From the NCBI GenBank assembly GCA_964035545.1, contig OZ037770.1:14622642-14686641 (forward strand): a stretch of 64,000 nt of DNA, in the 5' to 3' direction. A model generated the notes under the pieces. The model was not told where the DNA came from. It did not search any database and worked only from the letters and a program-made list of their open reading frames with translations. The stretch comes from Bugula neritina. Lineage: Eukaryota; Animalia; Bryozoa. This document shows, in pieces, positions 50,041 through 62,120 of this stretch (positions are counted from its first letter, which is position 1; the number at the start of each line of letters is the position of its first letter). Position numbers and translations under genes: made by a program.

Positions 50041-53000
50041 TATTACGGCATAATTGAAGTGTGTTGCGGAGAATTATCTACACATGAGCATATGGTAACT
50101 TTTCTGAGTAGCTACACCAGTGTATCTCTAGAGGTCTTTGTTTTATAGAAGCCATTCAAACTGGTATCCTATCTAATGGATACGGAAGGAGAAGATAGCT
50201 GTAGCGCCGTATCAGAGTCTCCTGCACTTGAAGCCGAGTCTAACAAGGTACGACACGACTACATCTTTAATATCCCTTCCCAGTCTTGTGTTTCTATAAA
50301 ACAGTTTTTGTTTAGTCTCTGGTTTTTCTTTTGCTTCAAAAAATATTTTGGGAAATCCAAGTTTTATATTATTTGGTTTTAACAGAATCAACTTTCAAAA
50401 AGATGTTTTCACACACTCTCACACAGCGGAGGGGGGGGGGGGTTAGTAAAGGTTGGAACTTAAGCCCTAGAGTGTTGGTCCTATTTCCTAGGCAGCGTTT
50501 TGTATATTTGTGTCAGCAGTAGCTAATGTTTTATGCAACTCACTCCTAATACTTAGTAAAATAGAAGCAACTATGAAATCGAAGTTTTCGAATGGTATCA
50601 TATTCATGTTACTAAAAGTTTTAGTTGAATTACAAAAAAGTTAGAATCCATTTTCAGAAAAATGAAGCCAATACAGTAACCGAGGTAACCAGTGATCATG
50701 TGACCAGCTCAATAGCCAATGGGAACTCAGCCGCAAGAGTATCTGCGACCTTTGACCTGGCCAAGGAAGTGGAGCAACTCAACCTTGACCCTGAAGAGAC
50801 CTCTGACCTTGAACTCTCGTATAACCTGACGAGCATAGACCTGGATGTTACTCAGCAGTTGCAGAGACTGGTGAAGGCCACCCGGGAAGGGACTAGGACA
50901 GGTAGACCTCAGGCTAAGACTGACGCACTGTTTACAGTTCCTACTCAGTGCTGGCTGAATATCTTTGTGTTGTTCTCAGTCTACTGTAGTGTTGAGTTTA
51001 CCCAGTAGTCCTTGTGGTGTAATGGTTAGTGTGCCTGCTTGCAAGCTGGAGGTCTCGGGTTTGAATCTCAGTTGGGGAAATATTTTTACTTGTCTCCATA
51101 TATATCCCAAAATAACTCATGATGTTGTATATTGTGGACTAATTCCATACCTTTTCTTGCTTTATTTTTAGCACACGTATAGTTGTGAGTTTCTGTTTGA
51201 GTGTTCAGTCACTTTCTCTTTCTATTACTCAGTTGGTAAAAAGAATAAGACACCTCCTTCACATAGGACAGGCTTTTCACGAAACCTCCCGTCTCCAAGA
51301 AGTGCTTCTATCAGAAAAGAAGTGAACGTCTCATTGCAATCTCCTAAACCAAAGAGCTTTGCCAAGGCTTTGCCACAACAATCTAGTCTAAAACCCAATA
51401 CAACAGCTTCAGCACAATTTAGAGATATGTCTCCGCACACTTCCAACCTATCCGCCCCTCGCCATGGTGCTAAGGCTAACTCTCATCAGCCAACCCCGAA
51501 GCCCTCTCAGGGCATTTCTCTCGTAAAGCCTTACTCGAGCGAGACTCAAACTAGACCTGGAAATGTCTCAGAGCAAGATGGCGTCACGGTAGGCGTGCCA
51601 ACATCTCTACGAAGTCATTCTTCTGCGAGACAAGCGTACGACGCGCTGAACAAGTCTATAGACACGACACGTCTTACAAACATTAACAGATCTGACGTCA
51701 AACAGAATCTTCTAGTACAAAAGAAACTTGCTGGTTTAAGTAGGTGAGTGGAATGTTATTGTCGTTACAGTGTGCACACAACTCCTTAGATTAACAGTTA
51801 CAATGTGCACACGACTCCTCAAGCTAATAACTACAGTGCAAAGATATTTTCAACAGTTGTTTGTCGAAAGGTTTTCTCTTATGACTCATTTCTCGTAGTT
51901 ATTGTTATGTTATGACTCATAACTATTAATAAAACTCTTGTTTGTTGGATTTCATAGTGTTGAACAAAACCGAGTTAAAAACAGACTCCCTGAGTTGGCT
52001 CAGTGCCAGACACCATCACAGGAAGTAAAGACTACAAAGCGTTCCACACCTGGTGGGTTATATTCTAAAATCTTTATACTGCCTACATATCCCATAGTGG
52101 CTTATATTCTCTCTGTCCTTATATTATATGCATATCCTATATATCTTATAACTCACGTGAGTTTATAGTCACCATCCCTGTGAGAACCCCCAATGGAAAG
52201 GATTCTTTTAAGGTGGTCTAAGGGCTCATTCATATAAGACACAGGGGCAATTATGATTGGATGCTCTTCCTAACATCACCAATAGTCTTTACTGAAGTTT
52301 GAACCCATGACCTTTGTGTTTACTAAGCCAGAGCTCTGACCCCTAGAATACTGCTACTCCTTCTCTACATGTCCTATATTCCTTTATATTATCTAAATGC
52401 TGTATTCTTAGTTCTTTCTGACTTGGGTTTAAAGGAAATAGTAGTAGCTTTTGTATAGTTCAAATTTTCCTAATTTGCAGTATGAAAATACTTTTATAGT
52501 GAGACGCCAAAACAGCCCTCCTTCCACAAGTTGTTCTGCCGCTAGCCCCCAGACTAATATTAAAAAATTCAACAGTGATTCCATTTCCAGCCAAGCACCC
52601 CTCAGTAAGTATAGTATAAATTGAAAGCAGTGAACTCAGCCTGAGTGAAATATTGTAGTGAGTACGTAATGCACTCGTCCACGTGTCCCCTAGCCAATGA
52701 GAATCGCGTCATGTGATAACCCCCAGCGATGTATAAAGAGAGTAGTAGAGAGAGCGTACTAAAATAAGAAGGATGTAGTGTTTTAATCCGTGTGCTTTAT
52801 TCTATCCTTTTAATTGTATATAGTTATAAATAAATCTCTTCTAATCTTATCAAAAGCCCTATACTGATGTGGATACGCAAATCATAATTACAAGCTAGGA
52901 ACTCACGCACAGTAATTGCACGAATTACTACAATATGATACGTAGTTTGACCCCAAGTGACTTTTTAAACTTTTTATAGATGTTTTTCCTATGCAGACGT

Positions 53001-56000
53001 AATTTAAACAGATTACCTCAGTTTTGTATGAAATGTGACTTTTGGAAATTAGTTTGTTGAACAGGTGTGATAGTAGGGAACTTATTGAAAGGAACCTGAA
53101 ATGCAGTTTATACTCTTAATAATAAAATTATATTTATATTTGATTTGATTATATTAAATGACTAGTAATATTTTAGAATTGTCTCTCGTCATACTGACCC
53201 TGGGTTTAGAGTTGTTTAATCTATTTTGTTATCTCCAAGCCACAAGTTTAGATAATTAATTCATTTTACAGAAAAAAGTGACTCAGATGAAGTTTATTCG
53301 TCTCAGAAACCAGATTCTTCTTTGAAAACTGAAAAAGACGGAAAGAATATTGAGAATAAAACTTTTAGTGAGGTAAGAGTGTTTTCATAGTATAATATAA
53401 TATAGTATAGTATATATTATAGTATAGTATAGTATAGTATAGTATAGTATAGTATAGTATAGTATAGTATAGTATATATTATAGTATAGTATAGTATATA
53501 TTATGGTATATAGTATAGTATATATTATAGTATAGTATAGTATATATTATGGTATAGTATAGTGTCGTGTGACGTAGTACAGTATAGTGTAGTATAGTAT
53601 AGTATAGTATAGTATATTTAGTATAACAAACATTGTCCAATTTGCATTTTGTGAAAAGTAGAATTGGCAGTAGAGCCCGACAGAATAATACACGTAGCAA
53701 CATGGGAACACAACTCACAAGTTTTAGCTTCACTTTGTGGACAGATTAGATATCAACTTAGTTTATTTTATTGCTGTATACTTTTGTTTGCTTTGTATCA
53801 ATTTATACGTAATTTATAACGAATCCATATAGTGTATCATGTAAATGTTTGGCTAACTCTTGTTAAGTAGGAGGTAATATTGTTCTTCAGTCACCTGTAC
53901 TAAGTCTGGTCAATAAGGAAAACGCGCAGACTCTGGTGAAAGTTAACAGAAGCTTACAGGATATCCTCACCTCTTTTGTTCACACGGCAGACTCTTTGCC
54001 TCAGGAGGGAATATCATCAGACCATCGCTCTACGACCAGCACTGGGGGTGAGTAGCAAGTCTTATTGTAATTCCAGCCCAAGTCCTATGTGCCTAAACAT
54101 TGACATGTAAATGTTGTGATCTACAAAATATTTTATTTGCCGACGACTGGAAAGTCTAAAGTAAGTAAAAATTTATACTTTTTTGCAATCTGTTCATATA
54201 AATATATATATACAGTTAAATGCTGGTTTTTGCACTCTACTGACTTACGATGCATTTTAACCAAAGACTTTCAAATTTCCCCTCATATTGAGTCTTAAAT
54301 TTGTTCTCTGTTTAGTCACAGATGAGTCGAACACAGATTCCATTTCAATGAGTCAGTTTGAAGATGGGAAGCCCATTCCAGAGACGATAGTTAAATCTCT
54401 GATGAAGAAAATCGGGAGAAAAATTGACATCGTAGCAAAGAAACTGGAGAGAAAAGGAGAGAAGTCAAAATCCGAAGCTATCGTCAAGGCTAATGACATT
54501 TATGTAAGACTCTGTAGTTTTAGCACCAAAATGTTTTTGTAACCGAAGAACCTTCTTTTGATTTGTTTACCGAAGCTGCTTTTAGAAGTAGTTAGTTTTT
54601 ACTATTAGAAGAGTTTAAAATGTGATGAAAAATTTGAAAAAAGTTTTGTAATTCAGTATTATTGGTGTGAATTTAAAGCATTGATTGGCAAAATAACTAA
54701 TGGATAATATTTTGTTACTTATTGCCAAATCTTCCAGTAGCCTAGATTGTCATATTTCTTTTCGTATAGATCTCACAATTAATATGGGACAGCTCTTGTG
54801 TTAATTTGTATCTACGCATTATGTCACAGTTTGTCTCTTTCATTTGATTGAAGCTGTTTGATTCTTTCAGCACAATCTGGTTAGTTTGGTCACAAACGGT
54901 CAAGAAGGGGTCGTAACTGATACAGATTATGTAAGTTACTTTTATTATAAGCTTTTTGTGACTGAAACTGTATTATAAATTAGCACTCTTAAGCACAAGA
55001 GCAGAGCTTCATTTACCCATCAACTTTTGGCGTAGTGTTTAGTCTAAAAGCTGTTGACCAAAGAGGAAAATTAATGAAATGTAGACTAAAATCTAGATTG
55101 AGCTAAAACCCTTGTTTTTTGTGTATATTACTAAAAGAATTGAAGTTGTTATAATTGTAGAAAGTAGCATTCCTGTAGTTATAATAGTTTAAACTTTAGA
55201 GTTTACAGCGTAGCATAGATGTTAGCTTCAGACAAACTCTTATTAAGGGTGGGTGTCATGATTGTCTATACCCACCCTCAATCAGCTAATTATTTATACA
55301 CAGAACGAGAATGAGCTGACGCAACTGATGACCAAAGTGGCCTGCTCTCTGCTCTCTCTCTGTGTGTATCTGAAGCAGCCAATTCCGCCACCTGCAGTCT
55401 CTTGTTCCCAGACTACGGAGGTCTCTCCAGCATCCTCTAGTCTGAGTGACGGCGGCTCCACCAGACACTACTTTCAACCTGCGAAACCGAGTCGCTTTCC
55501 GTGTCGGTTAGTAAATGTCATTTCTATTCGTTTATCACCTATATTATACTTATACCTACTTCATTATGCTTACTATACTTACTATAACACAGTACAGCAA
55601 GTACAGTAAAGTACGGCAAGTGTAGTTTTATATTCTTCTTTTAGACCTGCTGAAAGCCAAGATACAAAAACAGCAAAGGAGAAGAAGTTAGAGGTAAGTA
55701 TACGAATACTTGTCTGCATCTTTATCAACATTTAATTAATATATCACAAGATTAATATCTTTTCCCACAGATTTTAATGCTTTTCAAACCTGAACCCTGT
55801 ACTTACTTTATTTACTACAATAAATAATAATTATACTATACTATACTACACTATATACTATACTATACTATATACTATGCTATACTATACTACATGCTAT
55901 ACTATACTATACTATACTATACTACACTATATACTATACTATACTTCCTACTTAGTTGCATTGTTGTGGAACTCCATGTCAAGGTCAGCAGTAAGGTATT

Positions 56001-57165
56001 TCCTGCCAACTCTTCTTAGCTGTTTGTCTGAGGAGTTGTGTTCTCCCTGTCTAAATTTCTCTCTATACTATACATACTATACTATTGTGTGGTGAGGTGA
56101 AACACACGCAGTTTATTTTTAGACCAAAAAGAAAGTGGTCCCGCAGCCAACCAAACTCCATCGGGTGCCTAGCAACCAGAAGTAAGTGTAATTCTTCTGT
56201 CAGTTTATTTACTGGTCACCTTATATATGACTGGCTAAAGGTTACGTTGCAGCCAAACCAACAATGTAAATGTAAATTGTAATGTAAATTATTCTGTTAC
56301 TTTATCATAATACGACAAGTTGTAGTCCTTTAAACTTTTTTTCATATTTTTAGTTGCCTTGTGAGTTTTTATTAAATCCTAATGTTATATTACTTCCATT
56401 TTCTTTTCCTATAAAATTGAAGTTGCCCGCTCAATTGATTATTCACACAAACTTTTCTCTTCAGAACGAAACCAAAAACCAGAAAAGAAAAAGCGTTTGT
56501 GGAGTTATCTTCCGCCAGAAAGGATTACGAAAAAGTACTTTCTGGAATCTTGAAGAATTCTCCAAGAAGGTTGCTGCATTTTAATGGCAGAGTGCAAAGG
56601 TCACCGCAATACTACCGACGCCAGAATGAGGCTGGCAGACTCAAAAAACTTTTATCGAGTAACTTGAGAGAATCAGTGGTTTTGAAGTCTAGAAGAAGGT
56701 ATGTCCATAATTTTAGTTTGCAGAAATTAATAGTGATATAGCATGATATAGTGTAACATAATATAGTGTAACATACTATAGTGTAGAATAATATAGTGTA
56801 ACATGCTATAGTGTAGAATAATATAGTGTAACATACTACAGTGTAAAACAATATAGTGTAACATGCTATAGTGTAGAATAATATAGTGTAACCGTACTAT
56901 AGTGTAAAATAATATGACGTAACATAACATGGTATAGAATAACAGTTTCTCTATTCATTGTTACATCCGTCGGTGCACAGTTACCATGTATGCTAGCATC
57001 ATAGTTCAATGTTATGTCTGATACAACGATTGTCAGCATTTCCTCCTCTTATATAATTCTACTTGTCGTTTGAATAGCCACCCAACAACCAACATGGCGT
57101 CTAGTCTCACCCCACCCGCAGACGTCTATAAGAAAGTTGGCGTTAGGCCAAGGAAAATATATTGA
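43870..57165 (+). CDS. Large Ser/Thr/Lys-rich, largely disordered protein of unknown function (25 exons, ~1645 aa)
   Basis: Phase-consistent exon chain: 43870-43968, 44247-44368, 44817-44950, 45359-45563, 45740-46679, 46791-46913, 47369-47464, 47871-48078, 48180-48750, 48844-48994, 49484-49579, 50149-50247, 50658-50901, 51233-51743, 51958-52052, 52500-52604, 53272-53372, 53891-54047, 54316-54503, 54871-54930, 55304-55506, 55645-55693, 56123-56181, 56465-56698, 57078-57165. No signal peptide; basic NLS-like KTRRRVRRFKRNK; no domain recognised. Confidence 0.7.
43995..44130. repeat. ~39-bp tandem repeat containing ATTGG (CCAAT) x3
   Basis: tcattacttagtcattttctcattggctgaatcataa units in intron 1. 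Confidence 0.8.
47476..47690. repeat. ~37-bp minisatellite (atagctatgactcatttctactgtaaataccctattt)
   Basis: Direct reading, ~6 copies. Confidence 0.85.
48389..48640 (+). repeat. Coding 30-bp tandem repeat (SINQSVSTKH) x ~8
   Basis: agtattaaccaatcagtgtctaccaaacat units inside exon 48180-48750. Confidence 0.9.
48882..48967 (+). repeat. Coding 21-bp tandem repeat (DTELRLA) x4
   Basis: ccgatactgaactcagactag units. Confidence 0.9.
50985..51082 (+). mobile_element. tRNA(Ala-UGC)-like SINE family A copy with 5' extension
   Basis: tgtagtgttgagtttac...tggtgtaatggttagtgtgcctgcttgcaagctggaggtctcgggtttgaatctc; A box, anticodon loop cttgcaa, degenerate B box. Confidence 0.7.
52182..52360 (-). mobile_element. 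tRNA-derived SINE-like family B copy
   Basis: Similar to 2605-2755 and 17058-17245. Confidence 0.7.
52654..52932 (+). mobile_element. Solo LTR (279 bp)
   Basis: TG...CA ends with tgtagt/actaca inverted termini and a 4-bp TSD atat; internal CCAAT, TATAAA and AATAAA in promoter-to-polyA order. Confidence 0.75.
53388..53615. repeat. (TATAG)n microsatellite
   Basis: Direct reading; similar (TACTA)n at 55833-55945 and a 20-bp unit array at 56730-56930. Confidence 0.9.
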
Positions 57166-57927
57166 CACTTGTTACCTCACAGTAGGTGATGCAGAAATTT
57201 TTCGAAGAGATAGTTTGATATTTTGTTGCGAATTGTTATGTATAGTCAATAAACCCAATATTATCAAGTTATTGTTGATTTAATATGGCTCTTGGATACA
57301 AGCTTAGCATTTTGCAATGTTGCAATACTTAAAAGCTGTATTTTTGGATGGTATTTTAATAGAGTATTTTCATGTAGCTATACATCCCGCATATACCTCG
57401 TTTTACTTCTGTCTGAAGAGATGATGGCTATAACAAGTAGAATTACTGCATGGCTCCATATAATTTTGAAGGCCAATAAAGGGGGTGGTAGTATTTGCAT
57501 TGCTATGTTTATTATATTGTGATGCAGCTTCATACAAAAATAAATATGAAATCAACAGTGCGGCTAATTGAAAATTAAAAGTTGCCGTTTGCTTTTGTTT
57601 CTCAATCACTCAGTCTAACAGTAGCACATATAATATAGCCACATAATTGGTCTGATATTTTCTGATTTCCTGGTTTAATAAGTAAAGGAAAGTCTAATTA
57701 TGTAAAAAACCTCCCCCAAAACATTGCCAGACATCATTTCCTTTTTTATAACGAACATTTCATCAATTATCTCATATAGTTATCTTAACATGATTATCAA
57801 GTATTTTGTTTAATTTTCAATACCAGAGTTAAAAAAATATAGTTTCTGCAACAAGTAACTTGGTCCACACATTTTGAATATTTATTAAATATTCTCATAG
57901 CCTTAGTTACTAAAACCACACATATAA

Positions 57928-58157
57928 TATACTTAGCACCAGCCTGGCGACCAGATAGAATAATTATACTTAGCACCAGCCTGGGGACCAGATAGAATAT
58001 ACTTAGCACCAGCCTGGGGACCAGATAGAATATACTTAGCACCAGCCTGGGGACCAGATAGAATATACTTAGCACCAGCCTGGGGACCAGATAGAATATA
58101 CTTAGCACCAGCCTGGGGACCAGATATAATATACTTAGCACCAGCCTGGGGACCAGA
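57928..58157 (-). repeat. 33-bp minisatellite made of the sulfatase terminal codons, stop codon and start of the 3' UTR, ~7 copies
   Basis: Unit atacttagcaccagcctggggaccagatagaat; the minus strand reads TGG TCC CCA GGC TGG TGC TAA. Confidence 0.95.
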
Positions 58158-61100
58158 AGCCGTTGAAGTTACTCGGATTTGCTGTCAAACTCGTGGGCCG
58201 TATCTGTTTGACTACATTCTGTCACTCGGAGTCAATCATCTTTTCCAATTTCTGGACGACTTCCGGAAACATTGCGGACAGATCTCTGGTTTCACTGGGA
58301 TCATCTGAAGTTTGCAACATTATCAAGTGTTGTGCTAGTGAAAGTATACTTACTTGTTGAACCAGTAATCTGAACATAATTATATAGTAATTAGTAAGCA
58401 CTAAATGAAAATTGAGCATGTCCTAATAGTGGGTTGCTTTGTTTTTAATTTTCCAGTAGCTTTGGTTTCACATGGTAAATGAAACAATAAACATCATAGC
58501 TTAAGGTCCTCCAATAATTCAAGACAATATTAATATAAATACAATCTAATTGTAATTTTATAATTAAGTTACAAGTCTTCCTGCATATTTACTTAATCAT
58601 AAATAAAATGTATAGTCAATTTAACTTTTGAGCTATTTCAAAGTTATGTTAAAATTATTCCTTATCCATTATTCAATGTATTAGTATAAAATAATAAGAG
58701 AACTACCTTTTAAATTGAAAAGAAGCTTAGAGTTTTTTTGCCCCTGATTTCCTCGATTTCTTCCTCCCTGGTTTCTGGCTCCAGAACCAGGAGTTCTGCT
58801 CCCAGATCCTCTGTTGTTGGCCACCATTTGTCTTCTCCTTCTTAACCGTCTGCTAGCTACTCTCCTACCAGCCATTCTTTTCTTTCTCACTGCAGACGTC
58901 ACACTAGCAGACGTTCCACCAGGTTGAGCCGAGTAACCATCAAAGTTTCCACTGAACCCGATAATCAATTTATAATCTCCATCCCTATAAGCCAAAGACG
59001 TTTACAGAAAAAATTTTAGTTTTGTCAATAATTCTGTTTCTACAAACGGCACCATTATGCTTACATTTGCAAGTAGCAACTATTGTATTATAGCCTTGTT
59101 GTTATACAAGCTTTATAGAGAGAGAGAAAAAGCTATGTAACGCTTTTAGATAAAAAGCTAATACCACAGTAGCATAAAAGTTGTATTATTCAGAGTTTTT
59201 CTGATGATAAAACTTTAAAATATGTTGTTCTGATGAAATACTTAATTTGATAAGTCTAAAAGTAGCTAGACTCCTTTACTTTACATATTAAAAAACCCAT
59301 GCACCAACATTTCATGGTTTCAAATAGTTTACAGAGACGCTGAAATACACCCAAGTCTTGTTGATAGCAAGTTTATCATTACAAGTTTATTGATTTCACC
59401 TAATAGCAGCACCTCGGTTTATCTGGTACAGGAAACTGGTCCTTTTTGACGGACTTCCTGTTGTCAACATATCGAACTGATCCACTCCGTCAAAAATTGA
59501 GTCTAAATCAAAGAAAAGTTATTCTCATAAGCAGATTAGGAGAAGGCAGAAAAGCAGAAGTTTCTCAAAGATGCAAACGTATTTATAAAAATAAAAAGAG
59601 ACAGGCAAAAAGAGGTTAAATGCAATGCTTTAATTAATTAAAATATTCATTTTAATTGCTTTGCTAAATTGTTCTTTATAATACCCCACTATAAATCGCA
59701 TCTGTGAACGGAGATTTTAGACACATTGTTAAAGACCCAGGCCCAATTTTTCCAGCATGTTCTACTACAGTCTAACTTATAAACAAAAATCTCAAGTAAG
59801 AAAGCAGAGGCTGCAGTTTTATCATTAATATTTGTTAGCATACTAATAGGAGTTGTGCCCTCGGCAAAGTGTAATAATGTTGGAGTCCAGTCGATGGCAT
59901 GAAACAATCCATCATGAACATAGCCTTGGCTCTGTAACAATGGGCTATTTATGAAGGTGACCCCTCTGGTACCACCCTCATATACAGTGCCTTTTTCTCC
60001 TCTCAATGGCCAGTTGTTTCCACCATTTGATACTTTTCCTCCATTCTAAATATTATGGTATGTAATATTTTAAGTGAAGCAAACCATTACGTCACTATGG
60101 ATTAATATTAAAAGTGTTTTGTGAAACTACAGTTCCAAGAAAAAAGTTAAAAAAAAACAATTTCTGAATATGGTATATATACAAAAAGCAACTTTTATTT
60201 CTTTTTAAAGCTGGTAGGAAAAATGCAGCTTAACTTTTTCTGGTAGTTGTTAACATTTGTATGAAAGGAATTAATGTTTAAGATTGGCTATAAACCTGCA
60301 GGAAATGTAAATACCAGCTGTCTATATAGCACTGTATTATTTCAAATGCTAGAACTAATTCGTCATGAAGTGATAAGAGGCCAATATAAAAGCTGAGCAC
60401 AGAATGTTGAAAAGTACTTCAAGTTCGGCAAACAAGAATGAATATAAGTTTCAATCTCAAGTGTATCTCAATTGTTAATAATTCTGATCAATAGAAACAT
60501 ACAATAAACTTATGGCACTTGTAAGGTGAGTAGTTGATTGATCCAATTCTTTTCATAATAATATTATGAATAAACTGTAAACTGAAGAAATGTTCCTTTT
60601 ATTCAGAGTTATTGATGTGATATTCACTGCGATTCTATTGCTTTGAGTTAGGTGGTTGTGCTTTCCATGAAATTATGGTTGTGATTTTATTCGATGCAAC
60701 GGCTCCCAAATATCAAATAAAAAATCCATAATTTGGCATAAAGCCTGGAAATTAGTGACTTTCAACACTTACATGGTGACTGTGATAAACTTACGTCTGT
60801 GGTTAGCATGATTAGAGAGTTGTCATACATCTTCTTAACCTTGAGACTGCTAACTATTCTCCCAACATATTCATCGAGTATCGTCACCATCCCATAATAT
60901 GTTGTCTGTTGGTTAGGAAACTGAGGGTATTTGTCAGAGTAGGCGCTTGGAACCTGGAATATTCACATAACTTTACTCACGGAGTTGTCTCACTTAGTAG
61001 AGTAGATAATTTCTTTCCCAAAAAGAACTATATGCACTACAAGCCATAGATGTGTGTGATATTTATTTAGTAAATTGAGGTACATGACTAGATATTCTGT

Positions 61101-61392
61101 GTTGCTACCTGAACTGGTGAATGAACATTCTGAAAGGACAGCCACATAAACATGGGGTTGGATGTGTCATGAGCATTAATCAGGTTGACAGCTCGTTGGC
61201 CATAAATATCCTGCAAAAGATCGAAATATAAAAAAGTGAAGCATGCATTAAAAAATATAAAAATAATTAAAACACACTTTAGTTTTTTAGTTTTTCAGGT
61301 TTGTTTTGGTATCATCATTTAACTGTTTTTATTTCAAAACTATCAAAAGTAGTAAAAAATTTAAAATTTTCATTTAGCAAAGAAATAGAAGG

Positions 61393-61510
61393 CAGCTGGA
61401 AAGTGGTGGGTAAAGAGAGCTGGCCTGGCAATTATGAGGCCAGTGGTTCGAGGCCAGACACCAGCAGTGATGTTAGGAAGAGCTTTCTGTCATAATTGCT
61501 CCCGTGTCAC
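61393..61510 (+). mobile_element. tRNA-derived SINE-like family B copy
   Basis: ggttcgaggcc B-box followed by gtgatgttaggaagagc..gtcataattgctcc, the reverse complement of the core in the other family B copies. Confidence 0.6.
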
Positions 61511-61970
61511 ATTAAAAAATGTTTTTAGCCTTTCCTCACCATCAGTGTTTCTCACAGGGATAATGTTTTATATAAACTTTCGCTTGAGTATGGTTAGCAC
61601 AGAAGTGATTAAGCATGTTTATAGCCAGTGATAAAGTCTAGAGAAAATGGTGGGGGTACGACACACATCTGCAAACCCCCTTACTGTGACTACAGGTCTA
61701 TAGCTTACAGCTGAGTACCTATTCCGAACAGAGCGAAGAGGGGTTTTGTTCTCTCGAAAGTCAAACCCAGCCATAGATTTGTCTTCCCCACGAGATCTGT
61801 GAGTGTATTTATCCGCCCCTCCTCCGTATATCCCCCTCCTCTGTATATTCCATAGAAAGTGTCAAACCCCCTTCTAGTTGGCACACAAGCCCAGTTGCAG
61901 AAACCAAGATGCCATCTGCAATCGAATAACGATTTTATATTTAAAGATATACAGCTGTATAGATTCAGGG

Positions 61971-62120
<150 letters not shown>

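Noticed and set aside
50985-51082. Functional tRNA-Ala gene
   Set aside because: The acceptor stem and B box are degenerate, and many diverged or truncated copies are scattered in introns, as expected for a repeat family.
57797-58141. 114-aa hydrophobic repeat ORF (LVLSIFYLVPR)n
   Set aside because: Alternate-frame translation of the 33-bp array in the sulfatase 3' UTR.
58222-58224. Selenocysteine or alternative genetic code at the in-frame TGA
   Set aside because: The position is not a catalytic Cys, no SECIS is evident, the gene also has a frameshift, and TGA is a normal stop in three other genes here.
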